In this document: piece by piece, positions 42,744 to 55,739 of the stretch
Position numbering within the stretch: the stretch's first letter is position 1
How the letters are laid out: every line of letters starts with the position of its first letter
Assembly (NCBI GenBank): GCA_018398765.1
Contig: JAHBMJ010000068.1
Location: forward strand, 1-64,000
Origin: Chromera velia
Taxonomy: Eukaryota
Direction of reading: 5' to 3'
Length of the DNA: 64,000 bases
Program-made: the position numbers and the translations under genes
Notes under the pieces: generated by a model
Database searches by the model: none
Told to the model about the DNA's origin: nothing
What the model saw: the letters and a program-made list of their open reading frames with translations, nothing else

Positions 42744-44780
42744 TTAGGATTAGGATTAGGATTAGGATTAATGTCTGGAGGATTGGCCTCCTGCCCCAAT
42801 GCCGAGCGCTTGATGTGCGGCGTCCAAGAAAAGTATATACACACGCCGGACCTTCCTGGCCGGCCCGCACAGGCCAAAAAGACTTATGTCACACACTGTT
42901 TACGTGATAATCAATCAATTACTATCAATCGCATGCGAAAGACTGCAATCAATCAACTCTCACTAACGATGCTGCGGCCTGCCGATTGACCCGGCAGAGC
43001 TCAAACAGGCTTCAAACGGAGGCATCTTAAAACAAACGGTCGATCGATTAGAGGCCAATCTCATTACTTCCCAGTCACTCAACCCTTTGGTTTCTCCCTC
43101 TTCCTTTGCTTGCTTCATTTGCTGCCATGTTGCTGAATACTCTGCCTGTCTTTTGTTTCTTTCCTTTTCATTTGACCAAAGGATTTGGTAGGCTTGGTCC
43201 AGCTGGATGCTTGATACATCTTGCAGGCTACATATATTTCTCTTGCAGCATTCCTTTAAGGCAGCTCGTTTTGTAACAACATCCTTCAAAAACTTGTCGA
43301 CGCTTCCATCTGTCTCACTTAAAAGAAAAGAAAACAAGGCAAGCCTTTCTGTCTTCCTGTTTGTCCCCTCTCCCCATTTTGGCTTTCCTGCTGCTCTTTC
43401 CCCCCTCCCTTCATTCCATGTGTCTGAAAAAGCCTGCAAGCAAACAGCCCCGGCCTCTCGGCATCATGCAAGGGACACTCGGTCAAAACGTGTACTTTGT
43501 CTTCAACTACCTGGATGCTAAGAAGATCAGAGCAAACAATGCATTTTCTGTTGTGCAGCGGGGTCCCCCTCCCTCCATCAAGAGAGAATTTCCCCTTATT
43601 GACCTCAAGGCTCCTCTCTCCCACCCTGAATGCAGCTGCTCTTCTTCTGTGGACTGACCAGGGTGCAACCTTTCTGTAGCACACAGGGGTCTGCCCGATG
43701 CTTTCTCTCTCAATTGAGAGACCGTTTTCTCTGTTTTTTTCATCTGTCTGTTTGCTGTGCAGCCACAAGTTTAAGCGGTTTCCGTTTGATATTACAGTGT
43801 GAATTGGATGCATCAGTGATCTTTCTTGCAGTTCTTTTCTCTCGTTTTCTTTTCTCTTTTACATTGCGCTCTCTATTCTTTCTGCAAAGACTTCGTTCTT
43901 TCTTTTTACTACCGATTCTCTCTGTAGTGCGCTAACCCATCTTACTATCTGGTCTCTCTGTTCAAGTGCCGGCTGTCTTCCTGCTGCTTCTGGCTCTTTC
44001 CTGATACAAAAAGGGTTGCTTCGTCTGTGTGGAAAAAGAGTTTGAACACATTTCTTCAGATAAGGAAAAAAGTGAAAAGGATGTTGTCTTCCCCCCTTCA
44101 AATCACTGTCCACCCCCTCCTGAATTGATTTGGCAAGCGCATGGCCTGTTGGTGTATTTCTTGCTTTCTTCAAAACTTTCTGTGCCCACAACAGCGTTCT
44201 CTGAGCTACAACTAAGTCAATGGGGAGCAAGCCTGCCTCCAAAAAGGTTGTATGTATGCTTTCTTTCTCTCTCAACTGGAAAACCCATCGAATGAACCTC
44301 CTCTGCAATCGATCGAAGTCTGCCAAAGACTCCTGCGAATGTGAATGCACTTCACAGCTATACAGCCATACGGCACACACTGTCTGTTTGAACCAATGGA
44401 AGCAAGTGGCTGGAGGAATCTCTCCTGCTGATGTGATCTTACTTTTCAGCACAAAAAAGAGTCTTTCTGCTTTCACTGTTCTTTCTCTCATCATTGCATC
44501 TACTGAGCAATCTTCTGTCAACAACAAACCAAGATATGGGTATTCCTTTGCCTGCTCTAACTCTTTCCCTCCCAAAACAAAAGATTCCTTTCTTCCCCTT
44601 TCCCTTTCTGACCGGCAGAACTTGACGAACCTTGATTTGTCTGACAAAAAAAGTTTGAGGGGCTCTACGTATTCCTCGAGAGCTCTCAGCAATCTTTCCA
44701 TCTCCCTTGCCTCCGCTGACTTCAGGTAGGTGTCGTCTGCGAAGAGGCCGACGGGGAAGTCTTCCTCCGACCTGCTCCTC
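42744..44780 (-). mobile_element. Second 5'-truncated LINE of a different family, tail-to-tail with the first; (AATCCT)4 at its 3' end
   Basis: LFADDTYL, YPYLGLLL, WLYSCEV, LQRRFIRW, FRVG...LEV..G...RKCIVC...VEDKVHVLTECP. Frameshifted. (TTAGGA)4 at 42744-42767. Confidence 0.88.
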
Positions 44781-45045
44781 GGCCTGCCCCAACCCTCTAC
44801 CCTCTCGGGCCTCCTGTTTCTCTCCATGCTCACATACTTCTTCTATTGATATACGCTCCAGTCGCCTATACCAGAGATCGCTCAGTCTCCCCCGCGGCAC
44901 TTCCGTTCGAATATAAGTTGTCAGGCGGTGAATCGGGTCATCAATCAGTTTCTCACAAGTTTTCTCTTCACAGGCCTTGCAAATTGATTCAACCTTCCCC
45001 CCATGGTTTGCCCCCCCTCCAACAATGGTGCATAACACAGTAGTC
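44780..45045 (-). mobile_element. Short C-terminal fragment of a third LINE related to the 40348-42508 family
   Basis: LCTIVGG...ESICKACEEK...DDPIHRLTT parallels LYMLLGG...DAVCPACRGKVDDLLHRLTE of the first LINE. Confidence 0.55.
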
Positions 45046-46026
45046 TATGTAGTTTATGATGTAGATGCATGATGATTAATGCTAATACGCCCTGACTATT
45101 ACCAACTAGCATGCTGATATATGCTGATGGGCTTGATTTTAGCTTAAACTAATTATAGAATAATCTCAAAAGTAAATTTAAGTAATGTAACCTTCTACTT
45201 TTAGTTCTACGTATTTTAATCCTAATGAAATTTAAGGGAATGAATAGGAATGAAAGCATATAAATATATAAGACATAAATTTAATGGCTAATTAAAGCTG
45301 TGAATATCCTCTCAGATTCCTCTGCGGCCATCTCCGGCCGGCCGGCTTGATTTTTCCGCCAAGCTTCCGAGCTTTAAGCTCGGCAATGCTCTGCATGCAG
45401 GTCGACATGCTTCTGCAGAGTTTTGAGCCACAGAATGGCCACAGATATTTATCAGATATTTACATCGTATTTGCGTCTTGACGGAGGAATACGGAATGCC
45501 TTCGTGTGCCTTGCCACGCCGTGCCTTAGTATAAGTGACAGGTTCAACAGAAACCCATGGAAGAGCGGCTGAGGAAGAGCGTGGAGCTCATCGTGTGACA
45601 GTGCATCTTCGAAGAATATTGGGGTTGCCGAACGGTCCGCTCCTCTGGTACGCTTGCACTTGAGTGTCTTCGTTCCGCACCTCCATTGAAAATTAATGGT
45701 GCCTCTTTCTCTTTTTTGATTTTGTAATCGCGGGATCTGCAGAGACGTGTCGAGGCACGAAAGTCTGCTCAGGAAAGTTTGACGTGCTCTCGGCCGGCCT
45801 GCTTCTGATCTGCGGTCATCTATCCCTTGTTGGGTGTTCGCGGAGTCGTGTGTCGGTCTCTCTCTAGCTTCGTTGTTTCCACTCACAGAGTGCCTCATTC
45901 AACGCTGCCAATTTCTTCAAGTTGACAAGAGCCTAACGACGACCCTGAGGAAGACAGGATTGCCGGTCAGAAGAGAGAACGAGAAGAACGGCCGAGTGCA
46001 CTAGCCGAGAGAGGGCGGGAGAGAGT

Positions 46027-47066
46027 ATGTCCGTCTCTGCGTCTTCTAGCTCATCTTGGGGGTCTGCCTCCCTCGACGCAGCACAGCTGCAGCTCCAGAG
46101 AGGAGCAGAGGCTCTCCAGCGTTTTTCCACCCAGGCGCTGGGAAGGTCGCGGAACTTTGCGGACTGGGTGCGTGAATACGTGAACAAGGAGGTGGAACCA
46201 GTCTTGAGAGCCCATCTGTCGAAATTGAAGGGGTTCTTTGCAGACCGCCCAGGCACCTTCTGGGCCGTGGCGGCACCCGTTACGCTGGTACCTCTCGCCT
46301 TCTTGCTCCGGTGGCTGCTCAGCCCCGTCAGTCAGCCTGTAAAGGGCTCCTCTTGGTTTTCTATGGTCTGGGAGGACTGCGGGTGTCTGTTCGCACGGTG
46401 CTCTAGGCCTCTCTTCCTCTCCTCTCAACTTTCTCATCTCTCTAATGTTTGCCCTTTTTCTCTAGCTGTGCCTTTCTTCTTGTCTCGTCGTTTCTGTGCG
46501 CCCCTCTCTCTGGCTTTTTTTTTTGCATATGCACCCTTAGGAATAGGAAGGTAAAGTGTTGGCGGTGCATCATCGAAGGCCCTGCCGGTCTTCTGCACAG
46601 ACGCAGAAAATCAAACGAATACTTGGCGCTTTGAATGAGTGCAGAGAGTGCAAACCCTTGAATTTGATGAACATGGGAACAAATCGACGTACGTTGGGCA
46701 GGTGAAGGTTCGTCGGTCGGCTCGCGTCCCTTTCCCTCCAAAGAGAACCTGTTGTTTTTCTCTCATTTTCTTTCCTTCTACCGTTCTGTCACTTTCCGCT
46801 CAGCCAGTTGGTCGTTATCCATCCTCTTCCCTTGTTTTTCCCCCTTCTGGTAATGGGAATAGCTTTTCGCTTCCGTGTGTTTGTTCGGAGCGAGTCATTC
46901 CTTCACTCAGTCCGACTCCCTGGATGGACGTCTGGTCGGTTCTCTCCCTGCTGAATGACGTCCAGAAGGATGCACATGACTGAGGTGTGCCCTTCTTCTT
47001 GCCGTGTGGTTCTCTCTAGGCTCCGGTAACCCGCTCAGCTCTTTGTTCGTCAAGTCTTGGTACTCT

Positions 47067-47102
<36 letters not shown>

Positions 47103-48003
47103 AACGGGTTGCGGCACGGCTTCGGTCGTCAGGTCTGGGAAGAGGGAACGGAGTTCGTGGGGTATTGGAAAAATGGCTTCGCTCATGGAAAGGGGAAAAT
47201 GAAACACAGTCAGTCCGTGAGTGAGTCGCATGCGCCCTCACCAACTGGATGCGTCAAAACCGGCTTTTCTTTTCCCTCGATTCCTAGTCGCCGACGTCTC
47301 ATATTTTCATTTGATCCCTGCGACACCCCACGCAAGGGCGCGATGTTTTTTTGATTCGCTTCTGCTCCCGTCCCCTTTTTGCAGATGACGGGGACGTCTA
47401 TGAAGGACAGTTTGTTGAAGGGTCAGTCAGACAGACAGGTCGTCTTCAATGCCCGCTTCTTCACTCTCCTTTCTTCTGGTGCACTTTTGTCTTTCTTTGG
47501 TGGTTGGTTTACATTATCTCAGCGTCAATCTTGTCACCTTGTTTCCGTTGGTGTTTGCGCAGTCTGGTGCTTAGCTGTCTCTGCATGTCCGTCTGGAGCC
47601 ACACCGACCGACCGACCGACCGACAGACAGACAGACAGAGGGAAGGTTCGAACGATGGGACTCTCGCGATCCGCACTCGCACTCTGTCTCTCTCTCTCTC
47701 TCTCCCCCTCTGTGTCGCACACACACATACACAGATACACACACACACACATGTACCATACAAGTTGTATTCTCTACAAATGAATAGACACGTAGTTGTT
47801 CCTTCGTTTCGTCACCACAATGTGCCCAAGTCGGGGGTTGGATGAAATTCCGTCGACGCAGTTTTGTGGACAGACATCCTGATAACAGATTCTCTTCTTT
47901 GTCGTACGTCTTCCCCTGCCAGCTTCAGATGGAGTCTGTCTGTTACTCTGTCTTTGTCTTTGTCTGCCCATCTGCCGGCCTCTCTCTCTCTCTCTGTATA
48001 TAC

Positions 48004-48055
<52 letters not shown>

Positions 48056-51000
48056 CTGTGTCTGTGGAAGTGGGGAAAAACACGTGACTTCACAGTGTGC
48101 GTTGAACGAGAAAACCTGTGGAGATGGCGACCACAGGAGGGAGGCAACCCTTCACCGCTGCTAGTCACGGATCTCCCTGTCTGTTTGTCTGTCTGTCCAG
48201 GTGTTATGTACATGAAGAAAAGAAGGGAGAAGAAGAAACATATAGTCTGTCTGTCCAGGAAAGAAAGAAAAAAAAAAAGAAAAATGAGAAGAAAGAGAAA
48301 AAGGAAAAGAAAAGACGATAATGTCTGTCCGTAAAGAACACTTTGTCTGAGTTGTCGTGATGTTCTTCTGTCTTTGTTGCTTTCTTTCTTTCTTTTAGTC
48401 TGTTGTGTTCATGAAGAAGAGGAGGGAAAGCAACCATATGGTCTGTCTGTTGGGTTCATGAAGAAGAGGAGGGAAAGCAACCATATGGTCTGTCTGTTGT
48501 GTTCATGAAGAAGAGGAGGGAAAGCAACCATATGGTCTGTCTGTTGTGTTCATGAAGAAGAGGAGGCAAAGCAACCATATGGTCTGTCTGTTGTGTTCAT
48601 GAAGAAGAGGAGGCAAAGCAACCATATGGTCTGTCTGTTGTGTTCATGAAGAAGAGGAGGCAAAGCAACCATACGGTCTGTAAAGAACCAGGATGGAACG
48701 ACCAGGTCTGCCTGTCTGTCTGCCTGCCTGTCTTCCTGTCTGTCTGTCTGCAGAAAAGCATGTGGATTCGGAGTCTACAACTCAAAAGTGAAAGGAAGGT
48801 CAGATGGGGGAAGGGAAGGCAAGGGAATGGAGGGTGCTCAAGTGGGAGATAGACGGCCGGGTGAAATTCAGACTGTCCGTTCGGCATATCGCTTGGTATG
48901 AATGTCGATCGGCTGCTGTATGGATGGGAGCATTCAATGGTCGTTTATTGGCAGACTGTTTTCTTTGCTCACCGGTCGGCTGATAGGCTGATGATTCGGT
49001 TCAAGCAGAATGAGCCTTGAGAAATTCGTGGGAATCATGCAAGGCCTCAGCCGAGGATCGTGAGTGAACAGAAGTTCTTTCGACGCAGCGTCAGGATGTA
49101 TGCACGTGTTTCCTGCATGTTCATTTATTTCTCTTTTGCCTGCCTGCCTGCCCGCCTGCCTGACTGCAGTGTGTACAGGGGGCAATGGTTCAACGACCTT
49201 CAGCATGGAAACGGCAGAGAGGAGTGGGCAGACGGATCCGAATACAGAGGGTACCATGAGTCAGTCAGTCAGTCAGTCAGTCAGTCAGTGAGTAAGTGAG
49301 TCAGTGAGTCAGTGAGTAAGTGAGTCAGTGAGTAAGTGAGTCAGTCAGTCAGTCCGTCCGTCCGTCCGTCAGTCAGTCAGCCAGTCAGTCAGTCAGTCAG
49401 TCAGCCAGCCAGCCAGCCAGTCAGCCAGTCAGTCAGTCAGTCAGTCAGCCAGGAAGGAAGAAAGGAAGAAAGGAAGAAAGGAAGAAAGAAAGACAGAAAG
49501 AAGGAAGGAAGGAAGGAAGGAAGGAAGCAAGGAAAGAAGGAAGGAATGAAATCAGACAGGGAGGGAGGGAGGCAAGGTCTCGTGTGCATGCGTGTACATA
49601 GTTGTGTCCGTGTGGCCGTATGGGTCACCGCGCCGGCTTGTAGAGGGCGGAGGTGCGTGTGTGTGTGGGGGGGGGGGGGGGGGTGTATCCACGCTGGCTG
49701 GGACAGTAGCATGAGGGAGGGAGGACGTGAGCGTGGGCATGCAGAGAGAGACTGGACAGAAAAGGCTTTTTGCCGGCTGAGCTTCTGATGTTTGATGCGA
49801 CCAGCCGAGAGGAGAAGAGCGGGGAGGAGGGGAGAGGAAAGCAGACAGATGCTGGGACTGTGTGGATTCTTTTTCCTTCTCTGGAAGTCTCTGCGTAGCA
49901 TTCCTGCAGGGCTTTTTGACTCGATCTTCTAATTGGCGCACCTGTGTGCACATTCCGAAAATGACGTAATTCTCTCTTTCGGGTGGTAAAATTGAATTTT
50001 GCGTTTGCAGAGGCGGGCTGAAACACGGACAAGGGACCCTCACTTGGGCAGACGTACGTCGAATTTCCGTTTCAAAAGTTTTGTCAGAGAACAACAAAGC
50101 TCAGACGCAATCAATCGCTCAGAAAGATGATGCATGCGTTGAATGAAATCTTCAGGAAGAGACTTTTCTGAAAAGGGATTATTTCCTTCACGTGCAGTCG
50201 CTGCCTTGGTTCCCTCCCCCCAAAAGATTTGGTGACTTTGCATGCTTTCTGGCCTTTTTGATTTGTTTCCGCTCATTCCTTGGCGGCTGCCTTGCTCTCC
50301 ATTTGTTTCCTTTCTGGTGACAATGTGATGCGCTGCCAAACAAAAACGAGAAGGAAGCCTTGCACTTTGCCCCCCCATTCCTTTTTTAAATTTTCTCTCC
50401 TTCGTTGGTCGCACCTTTCTGAAGGAAGTCAAAACGAAAGCGTCAGAGAAGAAACAGGCGACGTAGAATGGAGAGAGACGCGCGTTGGCGCTCTTGGGCC
50501 TTCTTGCGGTGGTCTGGCATGATTTCGTGCTCTTTTTTCCTTGCACTTTCTGCCTGTCGTTGTGCCTCACTTCGCGTGGCTGTGTGTTAGCAACTTGAAG
50601 GTAGATGAGAGGGACAAAACTTTGCCTTTTCGTTCGTCTGTTGTCTTTGAAAACGTTCAAGCACATAAGAGAAGAGGCTCATAAAGGCTGTCCGATCGAT
50701 CATCTATGGATGCACCCATGCTTTCTTTCTGGCGTCAGGGAAGCGTATACAAAGGTGAATTCCGACACAACTCCATCCACGGCCTTGGACAGTACAAATG
50801 GGCGGACGGCAGGACATACGAAGGTCTGTCTGTCTGTTTGAATTCAAGTACCTGAAAGACAGGAAAGAGGGAGCATTCGGGGAGCGCAGGCAGAAATTAA
50901 AACCCAAATGGACGAAAGGTTTAATTAAGATAGGGTGACCTTTATTTCTTGCAGACAGAACTTAACAGAAGGGGAAAGAAGGAAGCACTAGGCGCGAGGA

Positions 51001-51621
51001 AAAGAGTGAGGGGAGGGGAGGGGGGAAGTCAAGATTAGGTGTTCTCAAGAGAGACCTGGCCAAGCCGACGGTGACTGTTGTGTGGTGGAGCTTGCAAGGT
51101 ATGAACAGACGGCAAGGCACGTACGGAGATGATGCATGCGCGTCACGTGCTTCAATTGGCCTCGATTGCTTGGAAGGAAGTTGAGCGGGTTTTTTTGCGT
51201 GGAAGCCTGCCAAATCATTCGTGCAGACGTAGAAAACGGCTGCCTGGACCTCGGTGCAATTTTGAAGGTCGAGTAGACAGGCAGGCATGTTGAGGCAGAT
51301 CACTCAATCAAGCAACTTATTCTTTCTTTCTTTTCTTTTCTGTACGTGACATCTGCGTGTGACATCTGCAGGCCAGTGGCAGCACAGCCAGATGTGGGGA
51401 GATGGAATTTTCACATGGCCCGACGGACGCAGATACAAAGGGCAGTATGTCGCCGACAAAAAGGAGGGACAGGTCAGCCGCCTGCGTGAGAGAGACGATG
51501 TGATCGATCCGTGATTTCCTTTCCGTCCCGTCCACGGTGAACAGACATGTCTTGTCTATCTGTTGGCGGATTTGTGCGTGCGTCTCCATCTCCTGCTGCG
51601 AGGTATAGTTGGCATCCATTC

Positions 51622-51686
<65 letters not shown>

Positions 51687-52047
51687 TGCCCCTTCTACAA
51701 ATCTGCAACAAAAGGCGTCTTGAATATGTGTATGCATTGCACATGTACTCACTTGAGTGCTTGTCCCCTCCGGTTGCGTGCAGGGTGAGTTTGTATGGCC
51801 TGGCGGTAAAACGTATAGGGGCGGTTGGAGAGAGGGGAAGCAGGATGGCGAGGGTGTTCTGCTGCACCCCGACGGCTCCACTCGGAGGGGTGTGTGGAGC
51901 GACGGGAGGCGGATGCAGTGGCTGGACCCCCCTCCAGGTCTGGCAGGGGGGGGAGGCACCAACGGAAGTGCGAAGAACGGACAACAGGGGGAACCGGGGG
52001 GTACTTCTGTGGTGGAGTACGGCGGAGACCCCTCAGCTTCCCCTTGA
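46027..52047 (+). CDS. MORN-repeat protein with N-terminal hydrophobic (TM) segment, 10 exons
   Basis: Hand-spliced with consistent phases: ...YVGQVK/NGLRHGFGRQVWEEGTEFVGYWKNGFAHGKG.../DGDVYEGQFVEG/KACGFG.../VYRGQWFNDLQHGNG..WADGSEYRG/.../YKGEF..NSIHGLG.YKWADGRTYEG/QW...DGRRYKGQY..DKKEGQ/GEFVWPGGKTYRGGWREGKQDGEG. Hydrophobic FWAVAAPVTLVPLAFLLRWLL in exon 1. Confidence 0.9.
48398..48680. repeat. 47-bp minisatellite, ~6 copies, in a MORN-gene intron
   Basis: Unit GTCTGTTGTGTTCATGAAGAAGAGGAGG(G/C)AAAGCAACCATATGGTCT repeated head-to-tail without spacers. Confidence 0.95.
49259..49545. repeat. (AGTC)n/(AGTG)n/(AGCC)n then (GGAA)n microsatellites starting at a splice donor
   Basis: Directly visible; begins at the GA|GTCAGT donor at 49260. 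Confidence 0.95.
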
Positions 52048-53737
52048 CTGAATGCGTGCATGCATGAATGGAACTAAATGGAAATAATTGAAATGGATCA
52101 GTGACTGAATGCTCTCTCTCTTCTTTGCGAGTCTGCTTGTGGTGTTTTGCTGATAATTTAACGGGAAAGAAGGCACTTTTAGACACGTTCATTTTTTCTG
52201 TCTACCCTGCGGCGAATACAAGGCGGGTAGGTGTAGTTCAATTTCTGTCATGGCGCGGATTGGTGACTCCACCGTCCTTTGCCTGTGTTTCTTTGAGGTC
52301 CGGTGTCAATTGTTTCCTCAGGGGGGGGCTCAGAAACCGAGCATAAGCAAAAAAGAAACTGACACTCTGAAATAGGTACACGAAGAGAGAGGCAGGCAGG
52401 ATGAATTGAAGGGAAGTAAGGAAAGAGAGGGGACAGAATGGCGATGACGCCGACAGACCAAAAAGGAAAAGAAAAACACTTCGGGCTCTCTCTATCAGTT
52501 CTTTGCTGACAGACTGTCTTATTGAAACGACAGTTCATCAAAGTGTCAACCGCTCAATACACACGCACTCAGTGACGCAGGCTGCCGGCAGTGCCATTTC
52601 ACTGTTTCAACATGGCTGCGTGCGTTGAACGAAGCACAGCCACCAGGGGATGGACATGCAGTCTGAGAGAAAGATTTCGATTGATTGACTGGAACTGATT
52701 CAGATTTGTGTCCTTCGACTTAAAGGTGGGCGCGTCAGGAGAACAGGATGATGAGAGCCTGGCCGGAAACTCTTAGCACGTTTTGGGAGGCGTCACGGTG
52801 CGTGTACATTCTGCCTTTCACTCCAGTGGGTGGTTACACAGATGAGGGCAGGGGAGAGGGAGTTTGAAGCAAAAGAGTACATGACTGCACCGTCTGCAAG
52901 TATTCCGTGTCAACAGATCCCACGTATGCAGGGGGAGGGAGAGGGCAGATCGGTTGGGGCCTGGCCTGATGTATTTATTATTCACATGTACACATTAGTC
53001 ACCGCACGACGCATGTGGCCATATGCATGTATGTGCATGTATTAATATAAAAATGTGTCAATGCTAGATAGATGAATTCAGGACAATAGTGACATAAATT
53101 TCTAAACTGGCCACAAAACGTTTTTTTGTGTATCCGCTCATGCATGATGTTAATATTGTGTGTTTAATTATGTTCAAATTATTCAAAATTAATCTATGTA
53201 AGTCTTAATGTAAATCAATGTCGGGCACTGGAATAATTTTTGATTAGTGTCCTTTTAACTTCGCTTTAGGAAGGCCCAGCCGTGTACGGTAGCTTGGACT
53301 CGTATAACCGGGACATTAATTTTGTATCTGTTTGTACCCGTAATTTTGTACCTAGCTGTTTGCATCCGTAAGAGCTGATATGATTGATTGGTTGATTGAT
53401 TGATTGATTGATAGGTTCCGCACTAGGCCTTCCCGTTGAAACATAAAGGCACCCAACAACAGCTAGAGAAACACTGTGGTATAGAAAGAAAACCGTTCTA
53501 TCAGTTCAGAATTGTTATGCAACGTCTAGTACCCCATGAATCTATTCAAATATCATTGTATATAGATTAAAATATTATCACGACTGGTTATTACTAGTAC
53601 CATATGTATATATAGTTGTACTGGATTTATATTTGAATTTATTATTAATCATTATTTCAAAAGGGTCTCGTAGTAGTCTGTTTTTTTGTTATTCAGAACT
53701 TATTCTTAAATTATATAATTTTATTCACATAGTTCTG

Positions 53738-54229
53738 TGTTGGGGACCAGAAAGAATTCATGCGCGCACGCCGAGCGATAAAGAAAGCGCAAGGCGGGAT
53801 CAGAAAGAATTCATGCGCGCACGCCGAGCGATAAAGAAAGCGTAAGGCAATGTCAAGCAGTAAGTACCGCGCACACATGCAGAGCGCTCATGCAGTTTGC
53901 AATGCATGCATGAATACATGGAAAAAAAAATACTACAGAAGTGAATTCACACAAAACGGAATGACACAGAGACATAACAGATGTCAGAAAGACGGATACA
54001 GCAAATACAGAGGTGACATGCATTTGAGTGGACTGATACAGATAAATACCGTACTACATGCACAACGTGTGCACGCATGCAGTCTGACTGACCGTATCTG
54101 TTCTGAAAAGCCAACCTGAAATCTCTCTAGAAGGAGTCGAAAGATGAACGACCAGACGAACAGACCTTTGCGTAGATACACATAAGTAGAAGTCATAGCC
54201 CTATACGCTAGCCTTACGTATACTCAACA
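53738..54229 (+). repeat. 5' LTR (492 bp) containing a 53-bp-period internal tandem duplication
   Basis: ~95% identical to 60142-60637. CAGAAAGAATTCATGCGCGCACGCCGAGCGATAAAGAAAGCG occurs at 53748 and 53801. Confidence 0.97.
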
Positions 54230-54299
54230 GACTGATTAGCAGAGCATTTTCTTTCTGACGGCCTTATTGGTGTCTGCTTATAGCCATTTCGGGTACCAC

Positions 54300-55482
54300 T
54301 CGCTCTGGCCGGAGATACCTCAACCCGGCGCTTCCAGCAAACGCGGAGGAAGCCGAGCAGCAGATATCGGGCGGACCTCCAGATCCAGCAGCCCTACAGG
54401 TACAGATCGATGCCTTACAGGCACAGTTGCAGTAAAAAGATGCAGATCTTGCTGCAGCCCAGCAGGCCCAGCAGCAACTGACCCAGCAACTCGCATAAGC
54501 CCAGTAGCAGCAGGCACCGCAGGCACCCCAACATCAGCAACAGCAGCAGCAGCAGCAAGCAGGCCAATACGGACAGGCCCAAGTACCTCCCCATATTGAC
54601 ATGACCAAGTTCAAGGCTTTCGACGTCCAGAGAGTCATGGAGCCATTCAAGAAGGGGGAAGACGACCCCCTGGTTTGGATGTCCATCTTCATGAAGAAGG
54701 TGAGGAACGGGAATCTGAACGTGGAGTAGTGTAAAGTCCTGTTTGAGAGGCATGTGGAGGGAGTGGAAGTTCGAGAGTGGATGGCCATAAACGCACACCA
54801 ATATACCACCATCGAAGAGTTTGAGCAGGCGTTCCTGGACAGATTCATGCCCACCGAAGCCGAGAGCCAGCAGGCAGTGTATGAGCTGTCTCAACTCAAG
54901 CTCTCCCCCACAGGTGACTTTGACGTGCATGTCAAGGTCTTCGAAGCCAAAATGAGGGTCGCCCAACCCAGGCACAAGATCAACGCTCGTATGCTCCCCT
55001 TCCTCGGGACCCTCTATCCCTCGCTCTCTATGGAAATCACCACAGAGCCTGCCCACAAAGAGTACGCCAAGCTGATCTCTCGAGTGTTGTTCCTTCATCA
55101 ACAGGAGCAAAAGAAGGGACCAAATCCCTCTGCCAAGATGGCCCCAGCTGTGAAGTCTGCCGATGACGTCAAGCAACTGCATGCCCAAACCTCTTCTCTG
55201 CAGTCCAGTATCGACTTACTGCAGAGACAGGCACAGTACCCCCAAGAAGTGTCGGCTGCCCTACAGCAGTCAATGGCGGCATCGTTTGGACGTGGATACA
55301 ATGGAGGGGCACGTAGAGGGAACTGGAGAGGGAGAGGGGGGAGAGGACGAGGATACCCTACTTCCTCTTCGTCTTCCCAAAGTGTCCCCGGAAGGAATAC
55401 GCTGGGGCATCCCAATTATATTGAGTGTAAGCAATGTGGTTCAAAAGAGCATCGAATCGCACAGTGCCCTGATGCACCGTGA
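54300..55482 (+). pseudogene. gag: Gypsy gag (disrupted) with RGG-rich segment and CCHC zinc knuckle
   Basis: REW...TIEEFEQAFLDRF (retrotransposon gag-like), GRGGRGRG, CKQCGSKEHRIAQC. Upstream part broken by stops; start not resolved. Confidence 0.85.
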
Positions 55483-55739
55483 GGGAGTGGGGGCAGGAAT
55501 CAGGGAAACGGGAGAGGAGGACGGGCTTAGAGGCAGGCCTGTCCTCCGTGAGTGATCAGAAGTTGCCTCCTCCCTGTATGCCTGCAATTGTTCGGGAGGA
55601 GGACCATGATTTTAGCAGGCTTTCGTAGAAGTGGCGTTGCTGCTGATAACCCGAATTCGTTTGCTACTGCCGGGAGGTCGTCTGTCCTCCCTTCCCCAGA
55701 GACGCCAGGTGTTGCAGCCACAGTTGAGGTAGCAGCCCG

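Noticed and set aside
42744..42770. True or interstitial telomere
   Set aside because: Only four TTAGGA units, internal, and positioned as a LINE tail.
48398..48680. CRISPR-like regular repeat
   Set aside because: Units are head-to-tail with no unique spacers, it lies in a spliceosomal intron, and no cas genes are present.
53284..53345. Possible pogo/mariner-like TIR (TACGGTAGCTTGGACTCGTATAACCGGG)
   Set aside because: No inverted partner found in the window.
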